Source: an uncultured Gammaproteobacteria bacterium (GTDB lineage Bacteria; Patescibacteriota; Patescibacteriia; SBBC01; CAIJZX01). Taken from it: a stretch of 64,000 nt of DNA. The notes under the pieces were generated by a model. It had not been told where the DNA came from and ran no database searches. It saw nothing but the letters and a program-made list of their open reading frames with translations. A program made the position numbers and the translations under genes. This document shows, one piece after another, positions 10,607 through 25,600 of the stretch. The stretch covers positions 33,428-97,427 of the forward strand of contig CAYGGC010000001.1 of NCBI GenBank assembly GCA_964349465.1, given 5' to 3'. The number at the start of each line of letters is the position of its first letter. Positions within the stretch are counted from its first letter, which is position 1.

Positions 10607-13600
10607 ATGGAAAAAAGAAAACTTCAACGATTTTTTTATCGGTTCTACCCCCGGCGACTGCAACGACGGAGTTTTGTTGTGTCCGCCTCGCGACGACCAG
10701 TGTTTTCCGATCTTCCGAAATTTCTCACGATCCGACAAACGGCGAAAATTCTTCATGTTCATCCAAATACGCTTCGAGCCTGGGACCGAAAAGGGAAATT
10801 GCGCGCTGTCCGTTTCGGTTCACGGCATGATCGTCGGTATTTGCGAGATGAAGTCGCGGCGGCTTGGGCGTTAACCTACGGACGTACGCCGATTGCTCGT
10901 CCGAACTTTGCTCTGCCACCACTTCGTCGGTATGCGCCGGCGCTTGGCCTGTTCTTATTGTTGCTCGGGTCTGGTTGGGCAGAGTTCTCGTCGGCCGCCA
11001 CCGAACCGGCGACCGTTGAAGTGTACGCACAACCCCGTGAATGCTCCGGTTGGGTGCAAGCGAGTGCTGCGACGAAGATTGAGCTTTCTCCAAAAAGTGA
11101 TTTCAATAAATTTAGCATCGCCAATTCAGCGCAAATACGAAGCCAAGATTTGGGCTTCACGACGGATGCTGGCGCGGCGACTGCGACGTTCGATCGTGTA
11201 GATCCTGAATTAACATGTGCACATTTCTCACTAGACGAAAAACTCACTGGTTCATTAAGCGGAACCACCGTAAGAATTTTCTTGGGTACAAACGGCCAGC
11301 TTAATTCAACCGATGCGCTGAAAGTCTCTTGGTCCCTTGATGGCAAAGACTGGGCGCTCGTTGCAACCGAGTCGGTTAAGCGAGAAGAGCAGCAACCGAT
11401 TGTCATCGATCTTCCGGCCGTCACCGACAGCCAGCGACTCGCCGATCTTCGTGTTCGCCTACAGCCTGATTTTTCCTTGAATGGAGATTCGTCGGTGTTT
11501 GTCGATGGTGTCCGTGTTGAAGCGCGTCTACATCCCCCGGAGCCGACGCCGAGTGTTCAAAGTGCCCCTGCGCGACAAAAAGAATTAGACCGATTAACGG
11601 CCTTCTCTAAAGCTAGCTACGAGTCGGATGATCAGCCGGAGGTGACCGTTCCGAAACAACAAACCAAACGACGTTTTCTATTTGGAAAAAAAGTTGAAAC
11701 GTGGAAGCTCAAAGACGTGAGCCTGATTGATAGCAAGAGCGAATCGATGTCGGTTGATTATCGATCGGTTGACCAGGTTTCCGGTGATGATACTAACGCT
11801 CGGCTTCGGTTACGTATGAGCAGCCAGCATCCGGGAAAATATATTTTACGCATCACAATGATTTCGCCGACGGGGACCATCGAAGTGGTTGAAAAAACGT
11901 TTTTGTGGGGCGTTTTAGCGGTGAATATTACTCGAGCGAACCCAGCTGTGGGTCAGACGCAGCTTGTTGGTATTGGTGTGCTGGATGATACCGGACGGAC
12001 GATTTGTGACGCATCGGTTCAGGCAACGGTAACCGACCCGAAAGGAAGAAAAACTCAGTTTGAGACAAGAAACGGATCACTCAAGACAAACCCCACCTGT
12101 GTTGATAAGGGTGTCACCAACGAGGCGGACTACCATTTCGCCCTAACGCTTGAACAGGCCGGTGTCTACCGTGTTTCGGTGACAGCAGATACAACAGTCG
12201 GCGAGCGTAAAATTGAAGAAAATTTTATTACCGAGGCGACCCAGCCGTTTACCGTCGAGCGGGTTGATTACCCGACGCGGATCTTTCCGCCAGCGGAATA
12301 TCCGGTGCGCATCGCGATCACACCGAAGAAGGATTATCTCGGCCTTGTCACGGAAGAAATCCCGACCGATTTTACAATCACCAATATTTTTCCGGCCGGG
12401 ACGCTCCGCACCGTTGGCACAACAGTCAAAAAACAATTTATTGAATGGCTGGTCGAGTGGAAAGCCGGGCAGACGTATTACCTGACGTATACGTTCGACG
12501 CACCGGATATTTCGCCGGCCTTGTTCCTAACCGGTCCGTTGACAATCGGCGGATCGTTTATCGCCGCCCCGGATTTTCAGGAATCACGCCAGTGGCAGAT
12601 TGCCTCCGACGCGATTAGCGCAAACGGTAACTTCTACTACGGCGATACGACGAACGCCGGTAAAATCAAAATGACGCCGTTCACAACCGCGTCCACCTAT
12701 GGCACTGAAGTAAACGTCAACCTTGGACCGGCGGTCAACATTATGCACGTCGTCGCGAAGACCGCCCCGACCCGGGAAGAAAAAATGATTGGCTATATTT
12801 CCGGTAACCCGACGACTGACGGTCGGCTCGATATCGTAACCGGCACGACTGGATTCGAAGCGGCCGGCGACTACACCCTTCGTTGGACCGCGACCAGCGT
12901 GACTGATGGCCAAGATTGTGACGCGGCCCCGACGGCCGGGACGTGTACCCAAGCGTTCGACCTGGGCTACGAACAGCTCTCCGGCCGCGGCCTAGTTGTT
13001 TATGCTGGTGACGCTGACGCGAGTGGCGCCCCAGATGCGGACAAAATCTATTACGCGTTGTGGGACGGTTCGGCCTGGTCACCGGACACGACCCCGAACA
13101 CCCCGAGCGCGACGAATGAACTCAGCTTGCCCGGAACCGGCGCGACACCGCGGTGGATTCGCGTCGTCCCGGCCGGCGATAACCTGGCGGATGAGCGGTC
13201 TAACCGAGCGGTCGTACTGGTGGCCGACAGTGACGACGACCTGTACGCGTACTATTGGGACGGTTCCACGTTCGACGCCGGGACCGAGCTCTTTACCACA
13301 CTCGGCAACTGCGCCTCCGCTCGCTGTTTCGACGGTAACTGGCAAGGAAATAACACTTTCATCGTCAACTACACGAACAGTGGAGTCAGCGAAGTGCGCT
13401 ACCAAAAATACTCAGTTGGTTCGGGTTGGGGCGGGGATACACAAGCCTTTACGACAGCCGCGACTCCGTCATTCCTCTTTTCTGCGGCTGATCCGACGAG
13501 CTCTCGGATCATGATTGCCAACTTTACTAGTGGTAATGATACCCGAGGCGCGGTCTGGCGAGCTGACGATGCGACTGACGGTTGGACGGTCTGCGCCTCG

Positions 13601-16600
13601 GGTGGTTGTCCGGATACGGCGGCGGAAGGTATCGGTGGACCGCAGGCCGGGATCGCATTCGAGCGATTCAGCGGCGAAGCTCTCCATGTCTTTAACGACG
13701 CCGCCAACGGTACGGCTCAGGGTAATATATACATGACGTACACACCGACCTCGACCTGGAGCGCCACCTCGACGACTGGTATTACCCCAAGCGACGACCA
13801 TCAATTCACCAAGCTGATTCCTTCACCGAACAGTGATGATATTATGGTTATCGCTGGTGACGTCGACTGCGACGTTGACGCGACAATGTGGGGTGGTTCC
13901 GCGCCGAGTACGGTTGGTTCGAACTTCGAGTTGTTGTTGTCGAGTTCGAATGGTTCATGCGCGAACTCTGTTCCGATTGCAGGCATGATGACGACGGGTG
14001 GTATTGATTTCGCTTGGAATATCTACTCCCCGTGGGGGTTGAACTGGCGGTGGACCGGCGATACGACAACGGCGAACCCGGGGTCGTACTTGGCAAACGA
14101 AAATGTGACCCCGACTGGCGTCGCTGACGCGACGACCGTTCGTTTGCGTTATGGCTTTGTGAACCGTGGGACAACGGCGCAGGCGCTTTCGGCCGAGGGC
14201 CGGAAAAAATTGCAATATACGAGTGACGACCCGGAAACGTTAACCGCGACGTGGGCTGACGTCGACGCTGATGATGGGGCCGGGATCTGGCGATATAACA
14301 ATTGTACGGCCGGAACTGACGATAGCGCGATTCCATCAGCGGTTCTGACCGCTCCGAGCGGCGGTTCAAATATCGTCGGTGATTTTATCGAAGGGTCGGG
14401 GAACATTACCCAGACCCACAGTGCCGGTCCGGCCGTCGCGATTGAAAATGATTATTGTATCGAGTCAAACGGTGCGACCGGAAGTACGACATACTATTTC
14501 CGCGCGTTTGATAACGAACAGCAGACTCCAGTCTGGCGCGAGCAAGACAACGACGGTGCGAACGACTGCGCGACCGCCGCTTGTACCTATCCAAGCTTGT
14601 CGACCGCCGCCCAGACGATTACGGTCAGTGGCACCTGCGACGCCTACGACCAAACGACGAACTGTGCCGACCTCGGTGATATCCGGGTCGCCGTCGGTGG
14701 TACGCTCCAATCTCAACTTGATACCCAGGGCGGCGGCGGACCTGGTGGCACCGACGGGACATTCTCGATCACCAGTGTTCCAAAACCTTCAGCGAACGCG
14801 ATTGTGACTGTCTTCGTTGATGGTGCGCCGGCGACGGCTAGTAATCGTGCTGTTGCGATCACTAAGTACGATGGCTCGGGTAGCATCAGCGGACTACAGT
14901 TGTTCAAAGAGCACCTAACAATCGGGTCGGCTGATACAGCCGCGACGCTAACCAGCGCGGAACTTGGATCATACGATAATTCTGTTTCGAGTAGTGACGC
15001 GGATGTTTTTCACGATTACAACGGTTCAACGACGTTTACCGTTGACTCAACCGGTTTTTCAACCCAGGAAGAACTGTATATCGGTTCCGGCTGGACCTAC
15101 CGCCCGGATTCCGGCGGCGGTGATACATTAACGACAACCAGCATCGAAATTGCGGCTGGAACATTAACCCTCGACAGCAATACGTTCAACGTCGGTGGTA
15201 GTTTCGATAACGACGGCGTTCTAACCGCCTCGACCTCGACCACGAACTTTACCGCCGCTTCCGGCACAAACACGATTGACGCCGATGGGACGGCCGCCGA
15301 GGCATTTTACAACGTTGTCTTTAATGATTCCGCTGGGTCCGCGACGTATCAACTCACGACCGTATTTGACGCGGATAATAACGTCACAATTACCGGTGGC
15401 AACTTTGACGCGAACTCGAACGCCGTGACGGTTGGCGGGAGTTGGGATAATGACGATACGTTTACGTCGGGCACGCAGACAACGACGTTTAACGCCCCCT
15501 CGGGGACCAAAACGATTGACGCTGACGGTACCGGCGCGGATTCATTTTCAAGTATCGTTTTCAATGACGCTGCCGGATCAGCAGTTTTCCAATTAACGAC
15601 CGCGATGGACGTGAATGTCGACTTGACGATCACTGGAGGAAACTTGCAGGCTCAGGGAAATCAAATTAACATTGGTGGCGTATTCGATAATGACGACACC
15701 TATACCCATGGCAACAACCTGATTGTTTTTGACGCTACGTCTGGTACGAAAAGTATGGATACTGATGGGACCGGAACCGAGGCACTCTACGATGTAACGT
15801 TTAATGACGGCGGCGGTTCAGCAACATTTGAGTTTTCCCAAGCTCTGGATATTGATCATAACGTGACTATTACGGGCGGCACCTTCTCCCGTACAGGCTC
15901 GTTTACAGTTGGGGGTAGTTGGGATAATGACGATTATTTCTTTGGGGATGGGGTTAATAATATTACCTTTGACGCGACATCCGGCACGGTGGCCATTGAC
16001 GCTCGTGGGAATTATGTTGAGTTTAGTCAGGCGGATTTTAGTATGCGGGTTGTGTTGAATGATGGCGGCGGTTCTGCGGTCTTTCAAATGACCACAGACG
16101 CGATTATTTCTAATGGTCTAGCTATTACCGGTGGCGAACTACAAGCCCAAGGACATTATATTGATCTCTGGGATGGAATTTTTGACAACGATGATACGTT
16201 TACTCACGGAAATGGCACCATCTATCTTGAAGCTAGCTCCGGAACGAACATCCACGACTTCGACGGAACCGGAACTGATGCGTTGTATAATCTTCAAATT
16301 GACGATGGCGGAGGAACGGCGACACACCAACTCTCGACCCTCCTCGACGTCGATAATAACTTAACGATTGTCGGCGGAACGCTCAACGCGAACAGTCAGG
16401 CGATCACTGTCGGTGGCAACTGGGATAACGACGATACGTTTACGTCCGGCACGGCGACCGTGACGTTCGATGCATCTGATACTGATAACACGATCGACGC
16501 TGACGGGACCGGGACGGATACGTTCTCCTCGGTGACCTTCGCAGGTGGTGATGGGAGCGGAACGTGGACTCTTACTACCGCGATGGATGTCACGGTGGCG

Positions 16601-19600
16601 ATGAATGTTGATACGAGCGATATTCTCTCGATCGATTCCGGGATGACACTCTCGCTTAATCGAACTACGACGGCCCAATCCCTGACCCTCAACGGGACAA
16701 TTCAGGGTGCCGGTCGGTTGACCTACCAACTCCCGACCAGCGTCGCAACCTTCCCGACGACCGGGACGATTAGTTCGATTTTGCGGTTTGATGCGACGAC
16801 GGACGTCCAGACCGTTCCAGAGCGAACGTATGGGGGTAATGTTGAATTGTATGAAGCGACTGGCGGGTGTGCATCCCGGACGTTTACTTTAGCTACAACC
16901 GCCGGGCAGACTCTCAACTTCAGCGGCGACCTGTCCTTGATCGAGGGTAACTGCGGCGGCGTTCCAGTGGCCGGCAATACAAATAATCCAATTGTGAACA
17001 TTACGGGTAACTTGACCCAAAACGCGAGTACGAATAGTAGCAGCATCACCGGCGGTACTCAAACCTGGACAGTTTCTGGATCAATTGATCTCCAAGATGG
17101 TGCCGCATCTTCGAGCATCACTAATCTGACCTTGAATGGTACAACAAAAACAATTGCGGTGGTCGGGTCACTTGACGTGACGGGCACCTTGACGATTGAC
17201 GGATCGTATACTGTAACTGCCAGTGCGACTAGTAATCTTTATGTTAGTGGAACCCTGATTGTTAACACCGGTAAAACTTTAGCCATCAATAGTGGCCAGT
17301 CGTTCCTCTGCGGCGGAACAGTGACACTCACCGGTACGGCACAAATATCCGGAGCCGGCACACTCACAGTCGCCTCTTCCAGCCTTGGTACTGGCGGGAC
17401 TCTTTCATCCATTGTCCGATTCGATGTATCAGGGGGTGATGTCACGATGCCAAATCGGACCTATGGTGGAGCGGTGGAGGTTTTCATGGACGATTCTGCC
17501 ACCGCCGCTCATAAGGTCATTATGGCCGGCGGAACACAAACACTACAGTCAAGTCTGTATGTCATTGATAATAGTAACACCTACAATCTCACCCTTGACG
17601 CCTCGAACGGCGGCGCGAACAACCCGACGGTTACAGTGACTGGTGATGTTGATTTTACCGGAACCGGGACGGGTTCCGAAGCGCTGATTACCGGCACGGG
17701 TACCTGGACCGTTGGTGGAAATATCGACTTTACGGGCGGGACGTTTACAGCCACGAGCGGCAACACGATGGAGATGACCGGTGCAAGTAAGACAATCACG
17801 ACGGCCGGGAGTGCACTTCATCACCTCACCGTCTCCGCGGGAAGTGTCACGGCCTCCGGAGCGACAACATTAAACGGCAATATGTTGATCTCTGGCGGGT
17901 CGTTCGCTGGTCCGGCCGCCGCGTTTAACGTCGCCGGGAACTGGACGAATTCGGGTGGTACCTATGTCGAGGGGACCGGAACAGTCACATTGAATGGCGC
18001 AACGTCAACGACGCTGAATTCTGGATGTAGTAACACGGACTCCTGCGCGAATAATAATTTTTACAACCTCGAAATTAATAAGACTGACGCGGCTGATGGA
18101 AATGACAACGTCACACTCGATACGAATGGTATCAATGTCGCGAATACGCTAACGATCACCGACGGCGAACTTGTGCAGGGCGCTCTCAATGTCCGGGCGG
18201 AAGGGGCGACGGCGGTTTCGATCGTGTCGACGGGTAAATGGAGCAATATTTCCACCGGTGACATTAAGCTCGGCGGAACGGCAACGAATAACGGGACCTG
18301 GTTGCTCGACGTTGGCGGGAATAGCGACGGTTGTGGTGGTGGTGATACCGATGATATAACCCTGACCACGACCGATGGAGCGACGCAACGATCGTTGGCT
18401 GGCTCTGGAACGTTTACTTGGTATGACGTCTCGGTCTCCTACATGAATGCGACGGTGGCGATTACGGTGAACGGCGGAACGAATGTGAGTAACAATGCCG
18501 GGAGCTTTACGTTTAATGCATGCGGTATCACCATTACCGGTACCATTTATTCTAATTCTGGCGGTGAGGCATCCGCCGTTTATAACTGCAGCTCGGATAA
18601 CCTTACTATCCATACTTCAATTTCCGGTGGCACATCGAGCAATGGAACGTGTACAGCCGTCGGCGGGACGTTCTCGATTGTTACGAACGGCCCTCCGTCA
18701 TCGGCTGGTGACCCGATCGTGTTATGGATTGATTCGGTTGAAACACCGAAGGCGACGACGGTGACCCTGGCGGCCGATACGAGTTCGAATATTTCTGGTC
18801 TCAATCTTATTCAGGATCGATTGATTCTGACGCACGAAAACGGCGGGCCGATGACGAACGCGAAATTGTCGACGGGGGATAATGGTAATGCTGGGATTCG
18901 CTATGCGGTCAGTGGCAGCAATTTGACCGTGGAAAGCGGAATGGAGCTGCATGTCGCGAGTACCAAGGCGTACACCCCGGGCGGGATGGTTACGACGACG
19001 GCTTCGGCGAGTCCATCAAGTGCGGCTGGCGATGTTCACGTCGTTGGGACAATGACGATGGGTACGTATGCGCTCTCCGTTGGCGGTGACCTAACGAACG
19101 GCGGGACGCTGTCCTTAAGCAGCGGTCAAACGACGACGATGACTGCCACCGGGTCTGGATTTACCATCACAGCCGGCGGCGCTTCATTCCAAGGCCTGAC
19201 CTTCAATGGCGCGAGCGGTGGGTGGACGAACAGTGGCGCGTTGACCGTCTCGGAAATTTGGACCGGGACGGCCGGTGGCTTCACGCAGGCCAACTCGACG
19301 ACAATAACCGTCAACGGAACCGCCTTTAGTTTGGCGAACGGCTTTACCTGGACGAAAGCAACGAGCGGCGCGAATTTGATCCTGGAGAATGCGACGAATC
19401 TCGATTTTACTGATAGCAATACAACCAAACAAGACCTCGGTGCCGTTCAGATCGGCGCCAGTCCCGGCGTGACAACGCTAAAGTCGGATATGAGCGCGAC
19501 GACCGTGACAATCCCAACGAGCGATACACTCAATACCAAGGGCTGGGACATTACGGCCAGCGGCGCGTTCGACTGTCAGGGGACCTGCACCTTAAACCTG

Positions 19601-22600
19601 ACCGATACGGCACCGAATAATGAAACTGACGGTACGATTATCGATGTCGGCGGCGACTTCACAATGTCCTCGAGCGCCACGTTTACGTCGTACTCAAATT
19701 CAACCGTCTATCTTAATTCGACGTCCGGGACTGATTCGAACCGAACATTTACAACCGGCGGAAAAGCCTACAATAATGTTGAATTGAAAAACGCTGGCGC
19801 GACGAATGACGATATTACGATTTCCGGTACGCCGTTTGATATTAACGGCACGCTCACGTTGACTGACGGTCAGGTTCGGCTCGATACGAACGATCCGAAT
19901 GTCACCCTGAACGGTAATCTTTCCATTAACGCCAATGCGACAGTCACGAAAGCCGATAACGGAACTGCGACCTGGACCTTCGACGGCGCGACCTCGCCGA
20001 CGACGTGGACCGACGGGACGGGGAGCGGCGGGCAGGATATTGGTTTAGCGATAATCAGCGGGACGACGAAGACGGTTAACCTCGCTTCGAGCGCGAAAGC
20101 GACGAAATTGACGATCGCCGCTAGTCAGGTATTTGGACTTGGGTCATCGGGGTATACTTTTACACTGACAGGGAGTGGGTTCACGCCAAACCATCCGTTA
20201 CAAAACAGTGGTACGTTGAATGAGGGGACAAACTCAACCGTGAAATTTACCGGGACATCTGATTCAGACATTGACCCCGAAGCGTTTCATCATTTAGAAA
20301 TTTCGCCTAGCGGCGCTGGGAGCCCAACCTTTACCTTCGATGTTGCGGAAACCGCAAATCCAACGACGGTCGCCGGAAATATGACTATTGGCGATTCAAC
20401 CAACGCTGTGTCTGTCCAACTTGGTACCTTTTCAGAACTAACCGTCGATGGAAATATCACGATTAGTACCAACGGAACCCTGCTTGGAAGTACTGATGTT
20501 GGGCTGAATCTTGGCGGCTCTTATACAAATAATGGCACTTTTACCGATGCTGGAAATGGAATTAATTTTACAGCCACAACTACCGGAAAGACGATCGCTG
20601 GTAATTTAACAGGTTCAAATAAGTTTTTTGCGATATTTTCCGGAAGCGGTGGAGAATGGACGAATACCAGCGCAGCTGAATTTACTGATCTCGCCATGCT
20701 TGATGGAACATTAGCAGGATCGAATAATATTACCGTTAATGGCGGGACCACAGGTACTGCAGGAATAATAAATCGCTCAGGTGGCACATTTACTCTTAAT
20801 CCTGCAAGCACATCCAGCTTCGGCCCTTCAACCGCCTCAACGTCTTGGACCTTTAACAACCTAACGTTTACCACAACGGCTGGATCGCAGATTACAACTA
20901 CTGTTACAACCTGCTCGACCTGTACATTTACGGTTAACGGGGCAATGAGTGTTGACGCAAAAGTAACTCTGACCATCGCTTCAAGTTCATGGACGGTTGT
21001 TGGGTCGTTAACAACAACAACAACTGGAGCGATTGCGTATACTGGGACACCAACCGTAACGGTGCAAGGCACGGCGCTCGGGGGCGGCACGGGGAATATC
21101 TACTTTTACAATCTCACAAAATCTGGCGCTGGCACGACGACCTGGAGCGGTACCGGGGTGAATGCCGTTCGGAATACCCTGACGCTGTCAGCTGGGACGC
21201 TGGTTGCGCCGAGTAACACACTCTATGTCAACACGTTTACCGAAAGTGGCGGTGCCTTTACACATAACTCGGGCACCGTGATGTTCAATACTGAGGCGAA
21301 CCAGACCCTGACCGCCTCCTCGACGTTTAATAACGTGACGTTCAACGATGGCTTAGTTGGTTGGTGGAATCTTGATGAAACTGCCGGTACGTCCGCCGCG
21401 GATAGTTCTGGGTATGGTCACACCGGAACCCACACAAACACGCCGACGATTAGCACCGATGTACCGACCGTAAACTTTGCCAATTCCCGAAGCTTGGATT
21501 TTAATGGCACAACACAATATGTCGATCTTGGGACGGCGCCGTTTATTAACACCGAATTCGCCGATAAAATTACGTTATCAGCGTGGGCAAAACCAGCAAA
21601 TTTAACAAACTCTGGGACGATTATTGGAAAATCCTTTGACACGAATCATAGTTCTCCTTTTTACCACTGGAACCTCTTTCAAACAGGCAGCCAGATTTGT
21701 TTTCGAGTTGGGAGTACAAATATTTGTAGCGCAACAAGTACGTTAACGACAAGTTGGCAATTGATCACTGGTGTCTACGATGGATCGAATATGTATCTCT
21801 ATCGCAATGGCACGCAGGTGGCGACAACCGCGAAAACAGGGAATGTCGGAAATGGGCTGCAAAGCGCACGAATCGCCGGTCGTGATACGCCGGGTGCCGG
21901 TTTATCGGAATACTTTGCTGGGAAAATTGATGATGTGCGTATTTATCGTCGTGCTTTATCCTCAGGCGAAGTGACGACGTTAAGCAACGGCGACGAATGG
22001 GGATTAACTGGCGCGACCTGGACTCTCGGCGCTGATCTAACGCTCGCCGGGACGCTCGGAATAAAAACCGGTACACTTGATACACATGTCACCAACAATC
22101 GGTCGATCACGGTCGGCAGTAGTTGGTTGAATGACGGGGGCGTCTTTACCGCTCGGGCCGGGACAGTGACGATGAATGCGGGCTCGTCGGGCAAAACAAT
22201 TACCGCCGGTCAGCAAAGTTTCTATCTCCTCAATCTCAATAACGCTAGTGGTGGCTGGACAATGAGTGAGGTCTATACGACCCCGACGATAACCGTGAGT
22301 AATAATATGGTTATTACGGCCGGAACGCTGACCTCGTTAGCGGGCACGCTGTCGGTCGGCGGAGATTTTAATAATGCCGGAACGTTCACGCATAACTCCG
22401 GAACCGTGACGATGACTGGGAGCTCGAAAAATATTACGGGTGGATCGGCGACGACCTTTAATAATCTCACGATTTCTGGCACAACCGGGGTTGACGCGGC
22501 GGGGAGTGATGCGACTGTTGCTAGCCAATTAACCGTCGACAATACCAAGACGCTGACGATCAACAGCGGTCGAACAGTGACACTCTCCGGTACGAGCGGA

Positions 22601-25600
22601 ACAACACTGTCCCTCGTCGGAACGATTACCGGTGCGGGGCGATTGACCTATAAAAATAACGCCACCGCCTTCCCCGCGACTGGCACCATCTCTTCCATTC
22701 TCCGCATGGATGCGACGGCCGGTGACCAATCGATTGGCGGTACCAACTCCGCAACGCGAACATTCGGCGGGTTAGTTGAAATATATTCGAACTCTGCCGG
22801 CACGGCAAAAACAGTAACGCTGGAAAACGGGACTGCTCGAACATTTGCCTTCTCCGGTGCGCTCAATATTATTGCTGACAATACACAAGATCTGACCTTA
22901 ACGGCGGATACCGCTACTGATCCTACTGTCACGGTTACTGGCGATATTGATTTTACTGGAACCGGTGGGGGATCCGAAATTTTGGTGGCTGGTTCTGGAA
23001 CATGGACGGTATCCGGAAATGTTGATTTCACAGCTGGTACCTATACTTCTACCAGCGGAAATAAACTGGTCATGAATGGGACATCAAAAACGTTAACTTC
23101 CGCGTCGCAGGCACTGTATGACTTTGAAGTGTCGGCTGGTACGGTAGCTATTTCTGATGCCACAACTATTTCTCGCGATATGATTCTCAGTGGCGGGACA
23201 CTCACGGGCCCAAGCGGACTGACGGTGAGTGTCGGGCGTGACTGGACGAAGACGAGTGGTTCCTATACAGCAAATACTGGAACTGTTGCCTTAACAACCT
23301 CGACATCGGCAACAATTAGCGGCAGTAACACCTTCTACAATTTGTCTGTTACTGGTATCGGCGCAGCAAAAACTGTGTTAACGGTGGCGGCGACGACGCA
23401 AACCGTTACTGGCACGTGGACGGTGACGGGAGCTTCAGGGCAATTGGTAACTATTAATGCGGCTACAGCAGCACAGTGGAACGTCAACCCAACCGCTGCC
23501 AGTCTTGATTATGTTGATATTTCCTACACAAATAACCAAGGATCGACAATTTGTGCAACTCATTCACAGTCTACCAGTGGAAATAATACAGCGATCACGG
23601 TGACTGCTGGGGCGGGTTGTGGAATTACCATCTCTGGAGTCATTCGTCAAAGCTCCAATGAAACTTCGGCCTATGATTGTTCAGCCAATACGTTGACCAT
23701 CGGAGCTGTTGTGAACGGAGGAACAAGTGCGACCGCTGATTGTACACTGAATACCGGTGTCTACTCGATTAATGCCGCCAACGCGCCATCTGCGGCCGGC
23801 GATCCAATCGTGGTCTATATTAATAATGGAGAAACGCCGATAGGTACAACCGTTTCTCTGTCAGTTGATACATCTTCAAATATTACCAACCTAGATATTA
23901 TTGACGGCCGTTTAGTCACAACGTATGAAAATGCCGGACCGATGACCAACGCAAAAATGGCCACTGGTGATAACGGGAATGCTGGTATTAGGTATTCCGT
24001 GGCCACAGGAAATCTTACCGTCGAGTCTGGAATTGAATTACATGTGAAGAGTGGAAAGACGTTTACACCGGGCGGCACAGTAACGACAACCGCTACTGGT
24101 ACAACAGCTGGGCCTGCAGGTGACCTTCATATTGCTGGAACCTTAACTATGGGCACAAATGCCTTAACCGTTGGTGGTGATTACAATAATGCTGGTACGT
24201 TCAATAAAACGAATACGCAAACGACGACCTTAGCGGCAACTGGCACCGGCTTCACGATTACACCTGGAACAGGCGATATGAATAATTTGACTGTCAGTGG
24301 CGACGCCGGTGGAAATGGAACATATACATTGTCTGGCGCAAATTTGACGGTCGATGGAATTTTGAATGTTAACACTGGTGACACGTTAGCAATTGATACC
24401 AGTCGAACGCTGACAAATTCTGGCTCAACAGACGCTAGCATTAGTGGCACGATTTCTGGTGCTGGAACATTACGATTTGTGAATGGATCTGGCGGTCCAG
24501 GTACGGGCGGTACCATTTCGGTATTAACTCTATTTGATGCTTCGAGCGGTGATATTGCGTCTACAACGGTTGATGCACGCACATATAGTGCAACAGTGGA
24601 ATTGTATGCGAGCTCGTCGAGTGATCGTACAATTACACTCCCATCGTCAACAATAACGTTGTCTGGGTCTTCCTCACATCTCCACATGAAAGCTGATGGC
24701 GCCGGCGACCTCACTGTCGACGGTGCCGCAAATAATCCAACCGTAACGGTTGGTGGAGATATTGCCCTTAACGGTACTGGTGGCGGCGTTGAAGCGTGGG
24801 TGGCCGGAGATAATACGTGGACTTCGTCTGGCAACGTTGATACGGCCCAAGGCTTTTATGCTCCGCATATGGCGGTTCTCAATCCAACCTGGGATAATTA
24901 TGGCTACGAACAGGATGATTATGCTGATGATGGCTTCGGTGGTTGTGATTTCTTAGGCACAAGCTCAAATGCGGGCACAAGTTCTTCGACCTCGCTTACT
25001 CAGGGGTATACAACTGGAGCCTCAACGTCATGTTCGCCATCGGGCACTGATTTCCGCTACCGATCATATTTAAAGTTTAACCTCTCTGGTATTTCAAACA
25101 CAAACACGGTAACTCGTGCAGACCTTCAGATTCATGCTTCAGCTGCCGGTGGAGCCTTTACGGTGTATCGCTCAAATAATGATGCGCCGGATGGTGTGGC
25201 AGCGGGTAGTTTGTATGCAGTGGGCTTAAGTACTGGCTTAAATAGCGTGTATAGTTATGCCACTGGAGTCAACATGATCCCAATGGCACTTGATGGCATG
25301 GCAAATATCCAAAGTTCACTTGGAAATGCCGCCTATGCGGTTGTGCTTGATGGTAGTTCAAGCCTCTCGACTTTGACTTCAACAGATAGTGCCACCAATA
25401 AACCTAAACTTCGAGTCGGATATGTCACCACAGCAACGACTCCGACCTTAGTCATGAATGGAACTGGAACGCTCTCTGGTGGAACGCAGTCTGGTTTTTA
25501 TAACTTGACGATGTCAGGGACAAACACCTTTAACGCCTCTCATGAGGCAAATATTTACAATACTCTGACCTTGTCTGGCTCGATTACGACCAACTCCGCT

